Source: an uncultured Candidatus Binatia bacterium (GTDB taxonomy: Bacteria; Desulfobacterota; Binatia; UBA9968; JAJDTQ01). From it: a stretch of DNA of 64,000 bases. Positions within the stretch are counted from its first letter, which is position 1, and each line of letters begins with the position of its first letter. Where the stretch lies: the NCBI GenBank assembly GCA_965213675.1, contig OZ243916.1:352001-416000 (forward strand), given 5' to 3'. The notes beneath the pieces are model-generated. The model worked only from the letters and a program-made list of their open reading frames with translations, searched no databases and was not told where the DNA came from. Positions 48,773 to 57,903 of this stretch are shown one piece after another. The position numbers were made by a program, and so were the translations under genes.

Positions 48773-50542
48773 ATGTCACACGCACGAGCTACCGATAGCC
48801 GTCCTTATCCCCACCGTTACGCCGTATTGCTACCGTTGTTTGCGGTATTTGCCCTCTATCCCTCCACTCTTGTGGCCCAACTGGCCGAATGCAGGGTCGA
48901 CAAGAACAAGCTCGTTGTCACTGGGCAAACCGCCTGCTCCATTCAAGCCGACAGCCAAACCCTCGTCCTCGATACGTTAATCATGGGAGATGCGAGTCGG
49001 TTGGTGGTTCTGTCTACGCCGGGGACCGACGCGAACGATGCGGCGGGCGCTACCACACTCTGGCGTATGAACGTGAGGACTGCCACAATCGGTAACGACG
49101 TGGCGATTCTCGCACGAGGATCGACAGGACACACGGGCAGGGACGGTGCGCGCGGTCGTGATCTGTCTAATTGTATGAACGGAGGCGAAGGCCACAAAGG
49201 AAAACCCGGAGAACGGGGAACGTCGGGACTAAATGTCGAACTCAAGATGGGGTTTAGCGCCCTTGGTTCGCTTACAATCGATACAAGTGGAGGAAACGGA
49301 GGTAGCGGCGGTGTTGGTGGTCGTGGCGGTCAAGGATCTCGAGGAGTGAGGGACCACGTGACGACGAAGTGTAACGGGCACGCCGGCGGTAAAGGCGGGC
49401 GAGGCGGTAAAGGCGGAGACGGTGGCAATGGTGGACACATAAGTCTCAGCCTAATGATGTCGCAACAGGACAAGGTCGTCCCACTATTGTCGCGTTTGAA
49501 ACTGCTTGCATCGCCCGGAGAGCCGGGCGCAGGAGGAAAGGGGGGAGTAGGGGGCCCTGGAGGTGGCAGGGACTGTAACTTCTGGGGTTGTACGAAGTCC
49601 GGGGACGCGGGAGAAGGGGGGGGCGCCGGTAGTCATGGTGGCAAGGGGCAGGGAGGCAAGCTTAGAGCAAAGGTCGACCAACGGTTCACGCAGCAGACGT
49701 CCGGCGCCGGTTGGGCCAACGACAGTGTGAGGGATGCCTGCGGCAGAGTGGCTGAACTCTATCCCCGGTTCTTGTCCATGATGGGCAGTTACCTCATCGA
49801 TAACCATTTGAGTCATTACGTTCAGTCGCAACTGAGCCTTGCTACCCACCTGGAAGGTACCTTGCCAGGGAATGCTACGCAGGGATACATAGACATACGC
49901 AGTGAAATGGAGAACATTAATGCGGTTGTGAGTGATCGATACCGCGACGTGTCACTGATAGCCTCACAGAACGCAAATTTATACAACGAAATACAAAGGC
50001 TTGAAGGGATCCTACAGCAACCAGATCAGACGAGGTGTTTTGCCGGGTTGTCGAGTGAGGGGTTTGCCACATGCAGAGCGACCTGTGAAAAAAGGGAAAG
50101 CGAGGAGCAAACGAGCCATGACATCGTGAAAGAACATGACCAAAGTAGGGGAGGGAGCGACGCCGGAAGTACTAGGGTCGGCTCGAAGACAGGCCACAAG
50201 ACCGCTAAAAAGGTGACGAGCTATGTATCGGTGGTTCCGACTTGCGTGACGTCATGCCTAAAGGACGTCCACGACACTGAAAAATCCAAGGCGTGTGGGG
50301 AGGTTCACAAGCGTATCGTGAAACTGAGGGACATGGCCAGCAAGACCAAGCCAATCCCCACCGTTGACGTGGCAGGGATGATGATTCCGCATTCAAATTT
50401 GAAAACAGAGTTTAAGGAGCTGCCGTTTGCAGTTGTCGGCCCGGACGGTGCTAGGCAGATATGTGGCGTGTTAGTTGGTCGGAAGTGTGGGGAACAACGG
50501 GAGACGCGGTGGAACGTGAGCGACCAGTCGTGTTCACGATAG
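48773..50542 (+). CDS. Predicted secreted Gly-rich (collagen-like/GGx repeat) protein with a Cys-rich C-terminal region
   Basis: GGAGGA RBS; signal peptide; G-x-x and GGxGGx blocks; C-terminal CxxxC pairs. Confidence 0.75.
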   Translation: MSHARATDSRPYPHRYAVLLPLFAVFALYPSTLVAQLAECRVDKNKLVVTGQTACSIQADSQTLVLDTLIMGDASRLVVLSTPGTDANDAAGATTLWRMNVRTATIGNDVAILARGSTGHTGRDGARGRDLSNCMNGGEGHKGKPGERGTSGLNVELKMGFSALGSLTIDTSGGNGGSGGVGGRGGQGSRGVRDHVTTKCNGHAGGKGGRGGKGGDGGNGGHISLSLMMSQQDKVVPLLSRLKLLASPGEPGAGGKGGVGGPGGGRDCNFWGCTKSGDAGEGGGAGSHGGKGQGGKLRAKVDQRFTQQTSGAGWANDSVRDACGRVAELYPRFLSMMGSYLIDNHLSHYVQSQLSLATHLEGTLPGNATQGYIDIRSEMENINAVVSDRYRDVSLIASQNANLYNEIQRLEGILQQPDQTRCFAGLSSEGFATCRATCEKRESEEQTSHDIVKEHDQSRGGSDAGSTRVGSKTGHKTAKKVTSYVSVVPTCVTSCLKDVHDTEKSKACGEVHKRIVKLRDMASKTKPIPTVDVAGMMIPHSNLKTEFKELPFAVVGPDGARQICGVLVGRKCGEQRETRWNVSDQSCSR

Positions 50543-50784
50543 TCAAGCATGATAGGTTGTCGTGTCGGCGGGCTTGCGTCAATGGCGGCGAGAGGTGTGG
50601 AGACCGTCTATCTGGACCGCGAGACCCTCCAATCCCGCCGGAACACCGAGCTCTTCGGGTGCTGGAACAGTGGTACCCGACAGAGGGCTACCAGTTTCGC
50701 CTCGAACTCGCCGGCGGCATTACGAACGGAGGTGGGACGGCGGCCCGGCCGGCCACCCAGAGTTGCCTCTGGGCCCTCCCCTAG

Positions 50785-52080
50785 CAGGTTGTTGAAAAAC
50801 TTCGTCTGACGCGGATAACAGTAAATAACATATTGGTATCGACGGGGAGGAGGGGATGAGAGGAACGGATCCGCGTCAGGAAGGGATGTTCAGCTATGTG
50901 TCGCCGGAGGCGCGGGTGCCTGCGGACCATCCATTGCGAGCGATACGGAAGATGGTGAACCGTGCGCTTGAAGGACTGACGCGGGAGTTTGAGGAGATGT
51001 ACTCGCACACGGGGCGGCCTTCGATCGCGCCGGAGCAGTTGCTGCGGGCGTTGCTGCTTCAGGTGCTTTACTCGATCCGTAGCGAACGGTTGTTGGTGGA
51101 GCAACTGGACTACAACTTGTTGTTCCGGTGGTTTGTAGGACTGTCGATGGACGATCCGGTGTGGGACCACTCGACGTTCACCAAGAACCGGCAGCGGTTG
51201 ATCGGGTCGGACATCGCGCGGGCCTTTTTCGGTCAGATACTGGGCCAAGCCCGCGAAGGACGCCTTTTGTCGGATGAACACTTCAGCGTGGACGGGACGT
51301 TGCTGGAGGCGTGGGCGTCAATGAAGTCGTTCCGGCCGAAAGATGGAGGCGGACGGCGCGGTGGCGGCGGACGCAACGCCGAGGCGGACTTCCACGGCGA
51401 GAAGCGCAGCAACGCGACCCACCAGTCGAGCACCGATCCACAGGCACGGCTGTACCGCAAGGGCCAGGGGCAGGAAGCGAAGCTGTGCTACCTGGGCCAT
51501 GCGTTGATGGATAACCGCCATGGACTGATCGTCGATACCCGTACCACCGAGGTCGGCGGACGGGCTGAGCGCGAGGCGGGCTTGGCGATGATTGCGGCGC
51601 GTCCCGGCGCCGATCAGCTCACCCTCGGGGCAGACAAGGGATACGATACAAAAAACTTTGTGGAGGGACTGCGCTGCGCCAACGTCAGTCCGCATGTGGC
51701 CCAAAACGACACCCACCGGCGTTCCGCCATTGACCGGCGCACCACCCGTCACCGTGGTTACGCGGTGAGCCAGCGCGTCCGCAAACGGATCGAGGAAGGC
51801 TTCGGCTGGGCCAAGACCATCGGAGGCATGCGCAAACTCAAGCACCGGGGCCTGGCCAAGGTCGACTTCCAGTTCACCCTCACCTTCGCCCTCTACAACC
51901 TGGTGCGACTGCGTACCTTGGGAGTCGGAGGTTGAGCATGCGTCCATGGCCTCCGGGCGTCTGCGCCGGCTTCGTTGGCCTGAAATGGCCGGCGAAAGAA
52001 GTTCTGCTCCATGCCCTGAAGCCGGCTTTTCCATCGATGCTCTCACAAACGCTCAAATCTAGGCGTTTTTCCACGGCCTG
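50785..52080 (+). mobile_element. IS5-family insertion sequence flanked by CTAG
   Basis: Ends CAGGTTGTTGAAAAAC / GTTTTTCCACGGCCTG; CTAG at 50781-50784 and 52081-52084. Confidence 0.9.
50856..51935 (+). CDS. IS5-family DDE transposase
   Basis: GRPSIAPEQLLRALLLQ..YSIRSER, SVDGTL, GADKGYD, RKRIEEGFGWAK. Confidence 0.95.
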   Translation: MRGTDPRQEGMFSYVSPEARVPADHPLRAIRKMVNRALEGLTREFEEMYSHTGRPSIAPEQLLRALLLQVLYSIRSERLLVEQLDYNLLFRWFVGLSMDDPVWDHSTFTKNRQRLIGSDIARAFFGQILGQAREGRLLSDEHFSVDGTLLEAWASMKSFRPKDGGGRRGGGGRNAEADFHGEKRSNATHQSSTDPQARLYRKGQGQEAKLCYLGHALMDNRHGLIVDTRTTEVGGRAEREAGLAMIAARPGADQLTLGADKGYDTKNFVEGLRCANVSPHVAQNDTHRRSAIDRRTTRHRGYAVSQRVRKRIEEGFGWAKTIGGMRKLKHRGLAKVDFQFTLTFALYNLVRLRTLGVGG

Positions 52081-52086
52081 CTAGTA

Positions 52087-52398
52087 GTGGCAATGGTCGT
52101 TGCGTCGGGGTTTTCGCCGGTTCAGGCACAAGCGCTCAGTGGTACCGCGTCACGGGGCGACTTCGAAAGATCACGGGCGTGCGCCGGCGCGCAGGAGGAT
52201 GCGAAGGTCGCGGCTGCTCATAGCTGCGGCCAAACTTTCCGTGTCGGGAGCTGCGGTTGTGTGAACGACCGTGAGGTGGAACCGGGCGGGGACCGCTGGT
52301 CTTGCGATGTAGACTGGGTCTGCGAATCGCGGGAAACTACACGAACAGCTCCGGGAAGCACTTCGGACGCCACCGTGGACACACCCGGTTCCCCCTGA
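52087..52398 (+). CDS. Small 6-Cys secreted protein, paralog B, 5'-truncated by the IS
   Basis: ~68% aa identity to paralog A by manual alignment; homology stops at the IS-flanking CTAG. Confidence 0.7.
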   Translation: MAMVVASGFSPVQAQALSGTASRGDFERSRACAGAQEDAKVAAAHSCGQTFRVGSCGCVNDREVEPGGDRWSCDVDWVCESRETTRTAPGSTSDATVDTPGSP

Positions 52399-52446
52399 TT
52401 AGTGTCCGGCAGAAAGGTCCTAACTTACTGATATTATGGAGGAACA

Positions 52447-52890
52447 GTGTACGAATGGGAAGGTAAGAAGGGGTTTGGGGTAGTGAACGGGGGGGCAATA
52501 AGGGAGTCTCGCTACTTGCGCTCGCTTCGTGCTGGCCGGGTCGTCGTATTTTGCTGGGCCGTGGGTTTCGCTACCGCAGGGGACGCAGCTCTTCATCTGA
52601 CGTGCGATGCATCGGGAAAGGAGGTGCCTGTCTGTGTCGAGTATGTGCTGGAAGAAGTGGAGAGCTTTTTGCAAGCCCAGGATGTGTGTTCACGTTTTGG
52701 ACTTCTGGTGCGATTCGACTTGTCGTGTCCAAGGAATCGTGGAGCTTTCGCCTGTCGGTATGAGGGGCCTGGTGTCGTGAGCACCGGGTATAATTACCCA
52801 TTAAAGGAACACGGTGGGGCGGAGGGCGCGTGGCGGCGTCATCAGGAAGACTGTGAGAAGGGTAGGGGGCTTCCCTTGGGAACCAGGTGA
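52447..52890 (+). CDS. Hypothetical Cys-rich, possibly exported protein
   Basis: GGAGG RBS before GTG; hydrophobic stretch followed by C..CVEY..C..CP..C..C. Confidence 0.5.
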   Translation: MYEWEGKKGFGVVNGGAIRESRYLRSLRAGRVVVFCWAVGFATAGDAALHLTCDASGKEVPVCVEYVLEEVESFLQAQDVCSRFGLLVRFDLSCPRNRGAFACRYEGPGVVSTGYNYPLKEHGGAEGAWRRHQEDCEKGRGLPLGTR

Positions 52891-53354
52891 ACGGTGGTGT
52901 TTTCTGCGGGTGTCCGGCGGGCCAGATGAAAGGGACTGAGGTGGTCCGCTCTAACTGGGTGCGAACCCCGGTAAAGAAACCGTGGGATTGCGGTGAACCA
53001 CGAATTGACGACTGTGCAGCGGCAAGGTCTTTTTCTGTTGTACTGGTGGATTCGGCTCTGAAACAGTTCGGCACCACTTCAACCTTACAAGCCGCCAACA
53101 CGTCGACCGGAGACGTATGGGATGTGGTCATCAACTTGTGGGCCTCCGTGTCGCATGTCAATCGTGCATGCGACGGGGTGGCAACCATTGGGACTCGATG
53201 CCCGATCATCGCGACAGTCCCGTTTGCGGCACATCCCCAGTAACGGCATGAACTGCGGCAACCAACGGCGGACCCAAGCAACACCTATCCTACCCGAGCA
53301 CCACCCGCCCCACGGCGAATTGACCACCTTCCCGGGAACGGGCAGGATACGGAT

Positions 53355-54923
53355 ATGACTCGCCGCCAGCTTCCCATCGGGATTCAGGACTTCCGGACGA
53401 TTCGGGAGCACGACCGCTGCTACTACGTCGACAAGACGGCGTTGATCCGGGACTTGGTGGGCGCGGGGCGGTACTACTTCCTGTCCCGTCCGCGCCGGTT
53501 CGGCAAGAGCCTTCTGGTGGATACCTTGCAGGAATTGTTCGAGGGAAGCGAGGAGTTGTTCCGGGGCCTGGACATCCACGGGCACTGGGACTGGTCGGAA
53601 CGTCATCCGGTGGTGCGGCTCAGCTTTGACGGGAAATACAACGATCCGGCGGATGTCGAGCGCAGCGTCCTCAACCAGTTGGCGATCATCGAACACGATG
53701 CCGGGATTGACTCGGTGGCGGCCGTCAGCACGGGTCCCGAGCGCCTGCAGAACCTTCTGTATCGCCTGCATCGTGCCACCGGCCGTACCGTGGCGGTGTT
53801 GGTGGACGAGTACGACAAGCCGATTCTGGACGTGCTGGAGGACCGGGATTTGGCCAGGGCGAACCGGGACTATCTTCGGGGGCTGTACGGGATCATCAAG
53901 GGCAGTGCCCGGCATGTGCGGTTCGTGTTGGTGACCGGGGTGAGCCGGTTCTCGAAGGTGAGCCTGTTTTCGGGCCTCAACAACCTGAAGGACATCAGCC
54001 TGGACCGGCGGTTCGCGACGATCTGCGGATACACGGACAGGGATCTGGACACGGTGTTTGCGCCGGAGTTGCCGGGGCTGGATCGGGACGAGATCCGGCG
54101 CTGGTACAACGGCTATCACTGGCTCGGCGAGGAGCGTGTCTACAATCCCTTCGATATACTCCTGCTGTTCTCTGACAGGCGCTTCCGTCCTTACTGGTTC
54201 GAGACCGGTTCGCCGACGTTTCTGTACCGGATGCTGGTGGACCGGCAGGTGAATCCCATGACCCTGGAGAACCGCGTGGCGGACGAGGCACGGGTGTCCC
54301 GGTTCGACGTGGACGACATCGGCATGGATGCGCTGCTGTTCCAAACGGGGTATCTGACCATCGTGGACGAGGCGTGGGACGGGGTGGAGACGCTCTACAC
54401 GCTGGGCTATCCGAACTTCGAGGTGTGCCGGAGTTTGAACCACGGGCTTCTGGAGTACGTGACCCGGCGGGGGCGGGAGGCGGTGGACCGGGGCAAGGAG
54501 CTGGCGCGCCTTTTGTCGGCCAACGACTTCGAGGGATTCGGCGAGCAGTTGCGGGCGTATCTGTCGGGGCTGCCGCACCAGTGGTACGACCGGAGCGAGG
54601 TGGAGCGCTACGAGGCGCACTACGCGAGCATGCTGTACATGGGATTCCGGAGCATCGGGCTGGACCTTCGGGTGGAGGAGGCGTCGAGCCATGGCCGTTC
54701 GGACATGGTGGTGTTTCACGGGGGCCAGGTGTTCGTGCTGGAGTTCAAGATGGCGGAGGGAGACGGGGACACGGACGACATGCTGAGCCGGGCCATGTCG
54801 CAGATGCGCGACCGGGGCTATGCGGAGAAGTACCGGGACCGCGGCCAGCCGGTTCACCTGGTGGCGCTGGTGTTCGGCCGGGCCGAGCGGAACCTGCTCG
54901 GAGTGAGGGCCGCGCGGGCCTGA
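53355..54923 (+). CDS. AAA-ATPase-like protein with a C-terminal PD-(D/E)XK nuclease domain
   Basis: LPIGIQDF, YYVDKT, SRPRRFGKS, LVDEYDKP, WYNGY, GRSD...VLEFK. Confidence 0.93.
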   Translation: MTRRQLPIGIQDFRTIREHDRCYYVDKTALIRDLVGAGRYYFLSRPRRFGKSLLVDTLQELFEGSEELFRGLDIHGHWDWSERHPVVRLSFDGKYNDPADVERSVLNQLAIIEHDAGIDSVAAVSTGPERLQNLLYRLHRATGRTVAVLVDEYDKPILDVLEDRDLARANRDYLRGLYGIIKGSARHVRFVLVTGVSRFSKVSLFSGLNNLKDISLDRRFATICGYTDRDLDTVFAPELPGLDRDEIRRWYNGYHWLGEERVYNPFDILLLFSDRRFRPYWFETGSPTFLYRMLVDRQVNPMTLENRVADEARVSRFDVDDIGMDALLFQTGYLTIVDEAWDGVETLYTLGYPNFEVCRSLNHGLLEYVTRRGREAVDRGKELARLLSANDFEGFGEQLRAYLSGLPHQWYDRSEVERYEAHYASMLYMGFRSIGLDLRVEEASSHGRSDMVVFHGGQVFVLEFKMAEGDGDTDDMLSRAMSQMRDRGYAEKYRDRGQPVHLVALVFGRAERNLLGVRAARA

Positions 54924-54985
54924 CCCCCGTCGTTGGCGTTCTTCCCCGCGCTGGCTCCGGGGACCTGCGTGGGCCGCCAGGTGCA

Positions 54986-55275
54986 TTCAAGAGTGCTGTT
55001 TCCCCTCCCTTGTTTCCCCTTCCGTCATCTCCACCCCCCTTCCGTCATTCCAGTACACTTCTTCCGTCATTCCCGCGAAAGCGGGAATCCAGGTGGGGCG
55101 GGGTTCGTCGGTCTGGCCGCCCCACCGCCGCCCATGGATTCCCGCCCCCGATCGGGGTCGAGGGCAAGCTTTCGCGGGAATGACAGAAGGGGTGAACCGG
55201 GAATGACGAAAGGGGTGAGCCGGGAATGACAGAAGGGACGAGCCGGGAATGACGAAAGCGAAACAGGACTTTGAA
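54986..55275. repeat. Composite REP-like element: outer inverted repeats, GTCATTCCCGCGAAAGCGGGAATCC core and ~23-bp tandem GGGAATGAC units
   Basis: TTCAAGAGTGCTGTTTC / GAAACAGGACTTTGAA; three CCGTCAT units on the left, four CGGGAATGAC units on the right. Confidence 0.75.
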
Positions 55276-55438
55276 GAGCGGCGTGGCCCCGGCCTCTCCT
55301 TGACGCCGCAACGCCTTTCGTTCTAACAAGAACCGTCAACGGCAGGCTCGGGACAGGGGCGAGTGGGCACATTTTCCGAGTAGCTTCGAGTAGCCAGGCA
55401 GTCTACACAAGGCACAACGCCGCGAAGGGGGAACCACC

Positions 55439-57112
55439 ATGGCGCATGATCTGGTCGTAAAGAACGGGCTCGTGGTCGACGGTACCGGAAGTCCGGGATT
55501 CGAGGCGGATGTGGCCATCGATGGCGGGACCATCGCGAATATCGGCAAGGATGTGGGGCCGGGCGCGACCGAGATCGACGCCCGCGGCCAGGTGGTGGCG
55601 CCGGGCTTCATCGACGCCCACACCCACATGGACCTCTTCATCGTGCAGTATCCCCACGGCAATCCCGTGGTGAACTACGGCGTCACCTCCATCGTCATCG
55701 GCGACTGCGGCGCCTCCATCGCGCCGGTGCCGCCCGAGGGCGCGCCGCGCGACGTGCTCATCACGTACCTGCGCCGGGTGCTGGACGACTATGTGAACGA
55801 CGACGACTGGCGCTGGACGACCTTCCCCGAATATCTCGACTATCTCGAAGGCCGGGTGGGCGTGAACGTGGCCGCCTTGGTGCCCCATTCCCCGGTGCGG
55901 CTGACGGTCATGGGTGAGGCGGCGTACCAGCGCGAGGCCACGCCGGACGAGTTGGAGGCCATGAAGCAGATGGTGCGCGAAGGCATGGAGGCCGGCGGCA
56001 TCGGTTTCTCGTCCAGCCCGCGCGGTGGTCCGGCCATTCACGCCGGCACCCCCAGCACCCTGGCGAGCCAGGAGGAGATGGCGGCGCTGGCCAACATCGC
56101 CGGCGAGTACGGCGGCTGCTTCCAGTTCAACGGCTTCGGCAATCTCCTGAAGCCCGAGAGTGGCTTTCCCGAACTCGTGGAAAAGGTCCACGTGCCCATG
56201 ATCGGCAACGAGTTCCGCGTGCGCCCCGGCGAACGGAATGACGGCGAACGCGCCATCGATTACATGAAGGAGGCGCGCGAACGCGGCAAGGACATCTACG
56301 GCGTGGTGATCCCGTATTCGCACATCCGGCGCTTTGACGTGGACGACTGCTTCATTCTCGACGGCCTGCCCTTGTGGGAGGAGATCAAGCAGAACCGCGG
56401 CGAGCTGGCGCGAAAGCTCCGGGATCCCGACGTGCGCCGGAAGCTGGACGAGCAGCGGCGCGAAAACGCCGGCCAGCCCGCTTACATCGAGTGGCTCGGG
56501 TGGCAGGGCGTGACCTTCGACGTGATGCAGCGCGAGGAACTGAAGTCCCGCGAAGGGCAGAACGTCGCGGAGATCGCCGCGGCCAGCGGCAAGTCCGAGG
56601 TGGATGCGTTCTGCGACACCTGGCTGGAGGACGGGCTGGCCTCGAAGCTCTATTACCAGGGTTTCGCCAACGGGCACATGGATCTTCTCGCCGACATGAT
56701 CAAGACCACCGAAGGGCTTATCGGCACCGACGCGGGCGCGCACCTCGACCGGTTCTTCTGGCACGGCGCGCCCACCCGGGTGCTGGGTTACTGGCGCCGG
56801 GACAAGGGCCTGTTCAACCTCGAGGAGGCCGTGCACAAGGTCACCGGCCATCCCGCGGCCAAGCTGAGAATGAACCGCGGCATCCTCAAGACCGGTCTCC
56901 CCGCGGACGTCACGGTGTTCGACGCGGACAAGATCGACGACCTCGCCAGCAAGCGCATGCCCCGGAAGCTCGACGAGAGCGAGATTTTCCGCCATCCCCC
57001 GGGCATCGGCGCGGTGGTGGTTAATGGCCAGGTGGTGCTGGAAGACGGGGAGTGCAAGGATGTGTTCCCCGGTCAGGTGCGGCGCCAGCAGCTCTTCGTT
57101 CCCGGTCAATAG
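55439..57112 (+). CDS. N-acyl-D-amino-acid deacylase family amidohydrolase
   Basis: VVDGTG, APGFIDAHTH.D, GTDAGAH, ADVTVFD. Confidence 0.9.
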   Translation: MAHDLVVKNGLVVDGTGSPGFEADVAIDGGTIANIGKDVGPGATEIDARGQVVAPGFIDAHTHMDLFIVQYPHGNPVVNYGVTSIVIGDCGASIAPVPPEGAPRDVLITYLRRVLDDYVNDDDWRWTTFPEYLDYLEGRVGVNVAALVPHSPVRLTVMGEAAYQREATPDELEAMKQMVREGMEAGGIGFSSSPRGGPAIHAGTPSTLASQEEMAALANIAGEYGGCFQFNGFGNLLKPESGFPELVEKVHVPMIGNEFRVRPGERNDGERAIDYMKEARERGKDIYGVVIPYSHIRRFDVDDCFILDGLPLWEEIKQNRGELARKLRDPDVRRKLDEQRRENAGQPAYIEWLGWQGVTFDVMQREELKSREGQNVAEIAAASGKSEVDAFCDTWLEDGLASKLYYQGFANGHMDLLADMIKTTEGLIGTDAGAHLDRFFWHGAPTRVLGYWRRDKGLFNLEEAVHKVTGHPAAKLRMNRGILKTGLPADVTVFDADKIDDLASKRMPRKLDESEIFRHPPGIGAVVVNGQVVLEDGECKDVFPGQVRRQQLFVPGQ

Positions 57113-57131
57113 CCGGAGGCAGGAGGCAACC

Positions 57132-57878
57132 ATGGACGTGCTTGCGCCGGAAGCGCTCATCGACGACCTTCGCCGGATTCTCCGGGGCCGGTATCCGGTG
57201 CATCCCGTCCGCAAGCTGCTCCTGAGCGGCGAGCTTACCCGGGAGCAGTTGCACGGGTGGGCCAAGAACCAGTTCCACGAGTTCCGCAACATCCACCGGT
57301 TCTTCGGCATCCGCTACCAGAAGTGTCCGGTTCAGGATTTACGGCGCATGCTGCTGGAGAACATGGTGGAGGAGGAGGGCGAGGATCTGTTCGGCGGCGA
57401 GTACCCCAGCCACGCGGAACTCTGGACCCGGTTCGGCGAAGGCCTGGGCATCCCGCGGGAGGAGATGCAGGGCTACGAACCCCTGCCGGGGGTCAAGGCC
57501 GCTCTGGAGATGTACGTGCAACTCGTGCAGCAGAGCCACTGGGCGGTGGCCATCGGCACCGGTCTGGTCTTCGAAGGGGAGGGCCCCAAGCGTATGGGCG
57601 AGGAGCGCCAGGCCCTCGAGACGCACTATCCCTGGATTCCCTCCGAGGCGCTGGCGTTCTTCCGCGCCCACGAGTACCATGACGAAGGACACGGAAACTT
57701 TATCGTGGATGTTATCAAGGACCATATCATGGACGCGGGGCTTCAGGAGGAGATGCGCGCGGCCGTGAGAACCCGGGTGGACATCATGTGGCTGCAGAAC
57801 GAGTCCATCTATCAGACTTGTGTGCGCCCGCAACTCAGCCCTGAAGCCGCCGGTCGGCTGGAGGCTGCGGCCAACTGA
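57132..57878 (+). CDS. Heme-oxygenase-like diiron enzyme (PqqC/CADD/TenA fold)
   Basis: LLENMVEEEG...SHAELW, VFEG and FFRAHEYHDEGH ligand motifs; AGGAGG RBS. Confidence 0.82.
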   Translation: MDVLAPEALIDDLRRILRGRYPVHPVRKLLLSGELTREQLHGWAKNQFHEFRNIHRFFGIRYQKCPVQDLRRMLLENMVEEEGEDLFGGEYPSHAELWTRFGEGLGIPREEMQGYEPLPGVKAALEMYVQLVQQSHWAVAIGTGLVFEGEGPKRMGEERQALETHYPWIPSEALAFFRAHEYHDEGHGNFIVDVIKDHIMDAGLQEEMRAAVRTRVDIMWLQNESIYQTCVRPQLSPEAAGRLEAAAN

Positions 57879-57903
57879 TCCGGTCACCCGTGTCGGCGTG
57901 TCC

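Noticed and set aside
48123-52398. Paralog pair as a DGR template/variable repeat
   Set aside because: No reverse transcriptase is in the window, and the differences are not evidently confined to adenines of one copy.
53355-54923. AAA/PD-(D/E)XK gene as the core of a new defence system
   Set aside because: A widespread, often multicopy stand-alone family; no partner genes here support a larger system.
55176-55256. Regularly spaced GGGAATGAC repeats as a CRISPR array
   Set aside because: Period is only 23 bp, spacers are ~13 bp and resemble each other, no cas genes are present, and the motif belongs to the REP family seen elsewhere.
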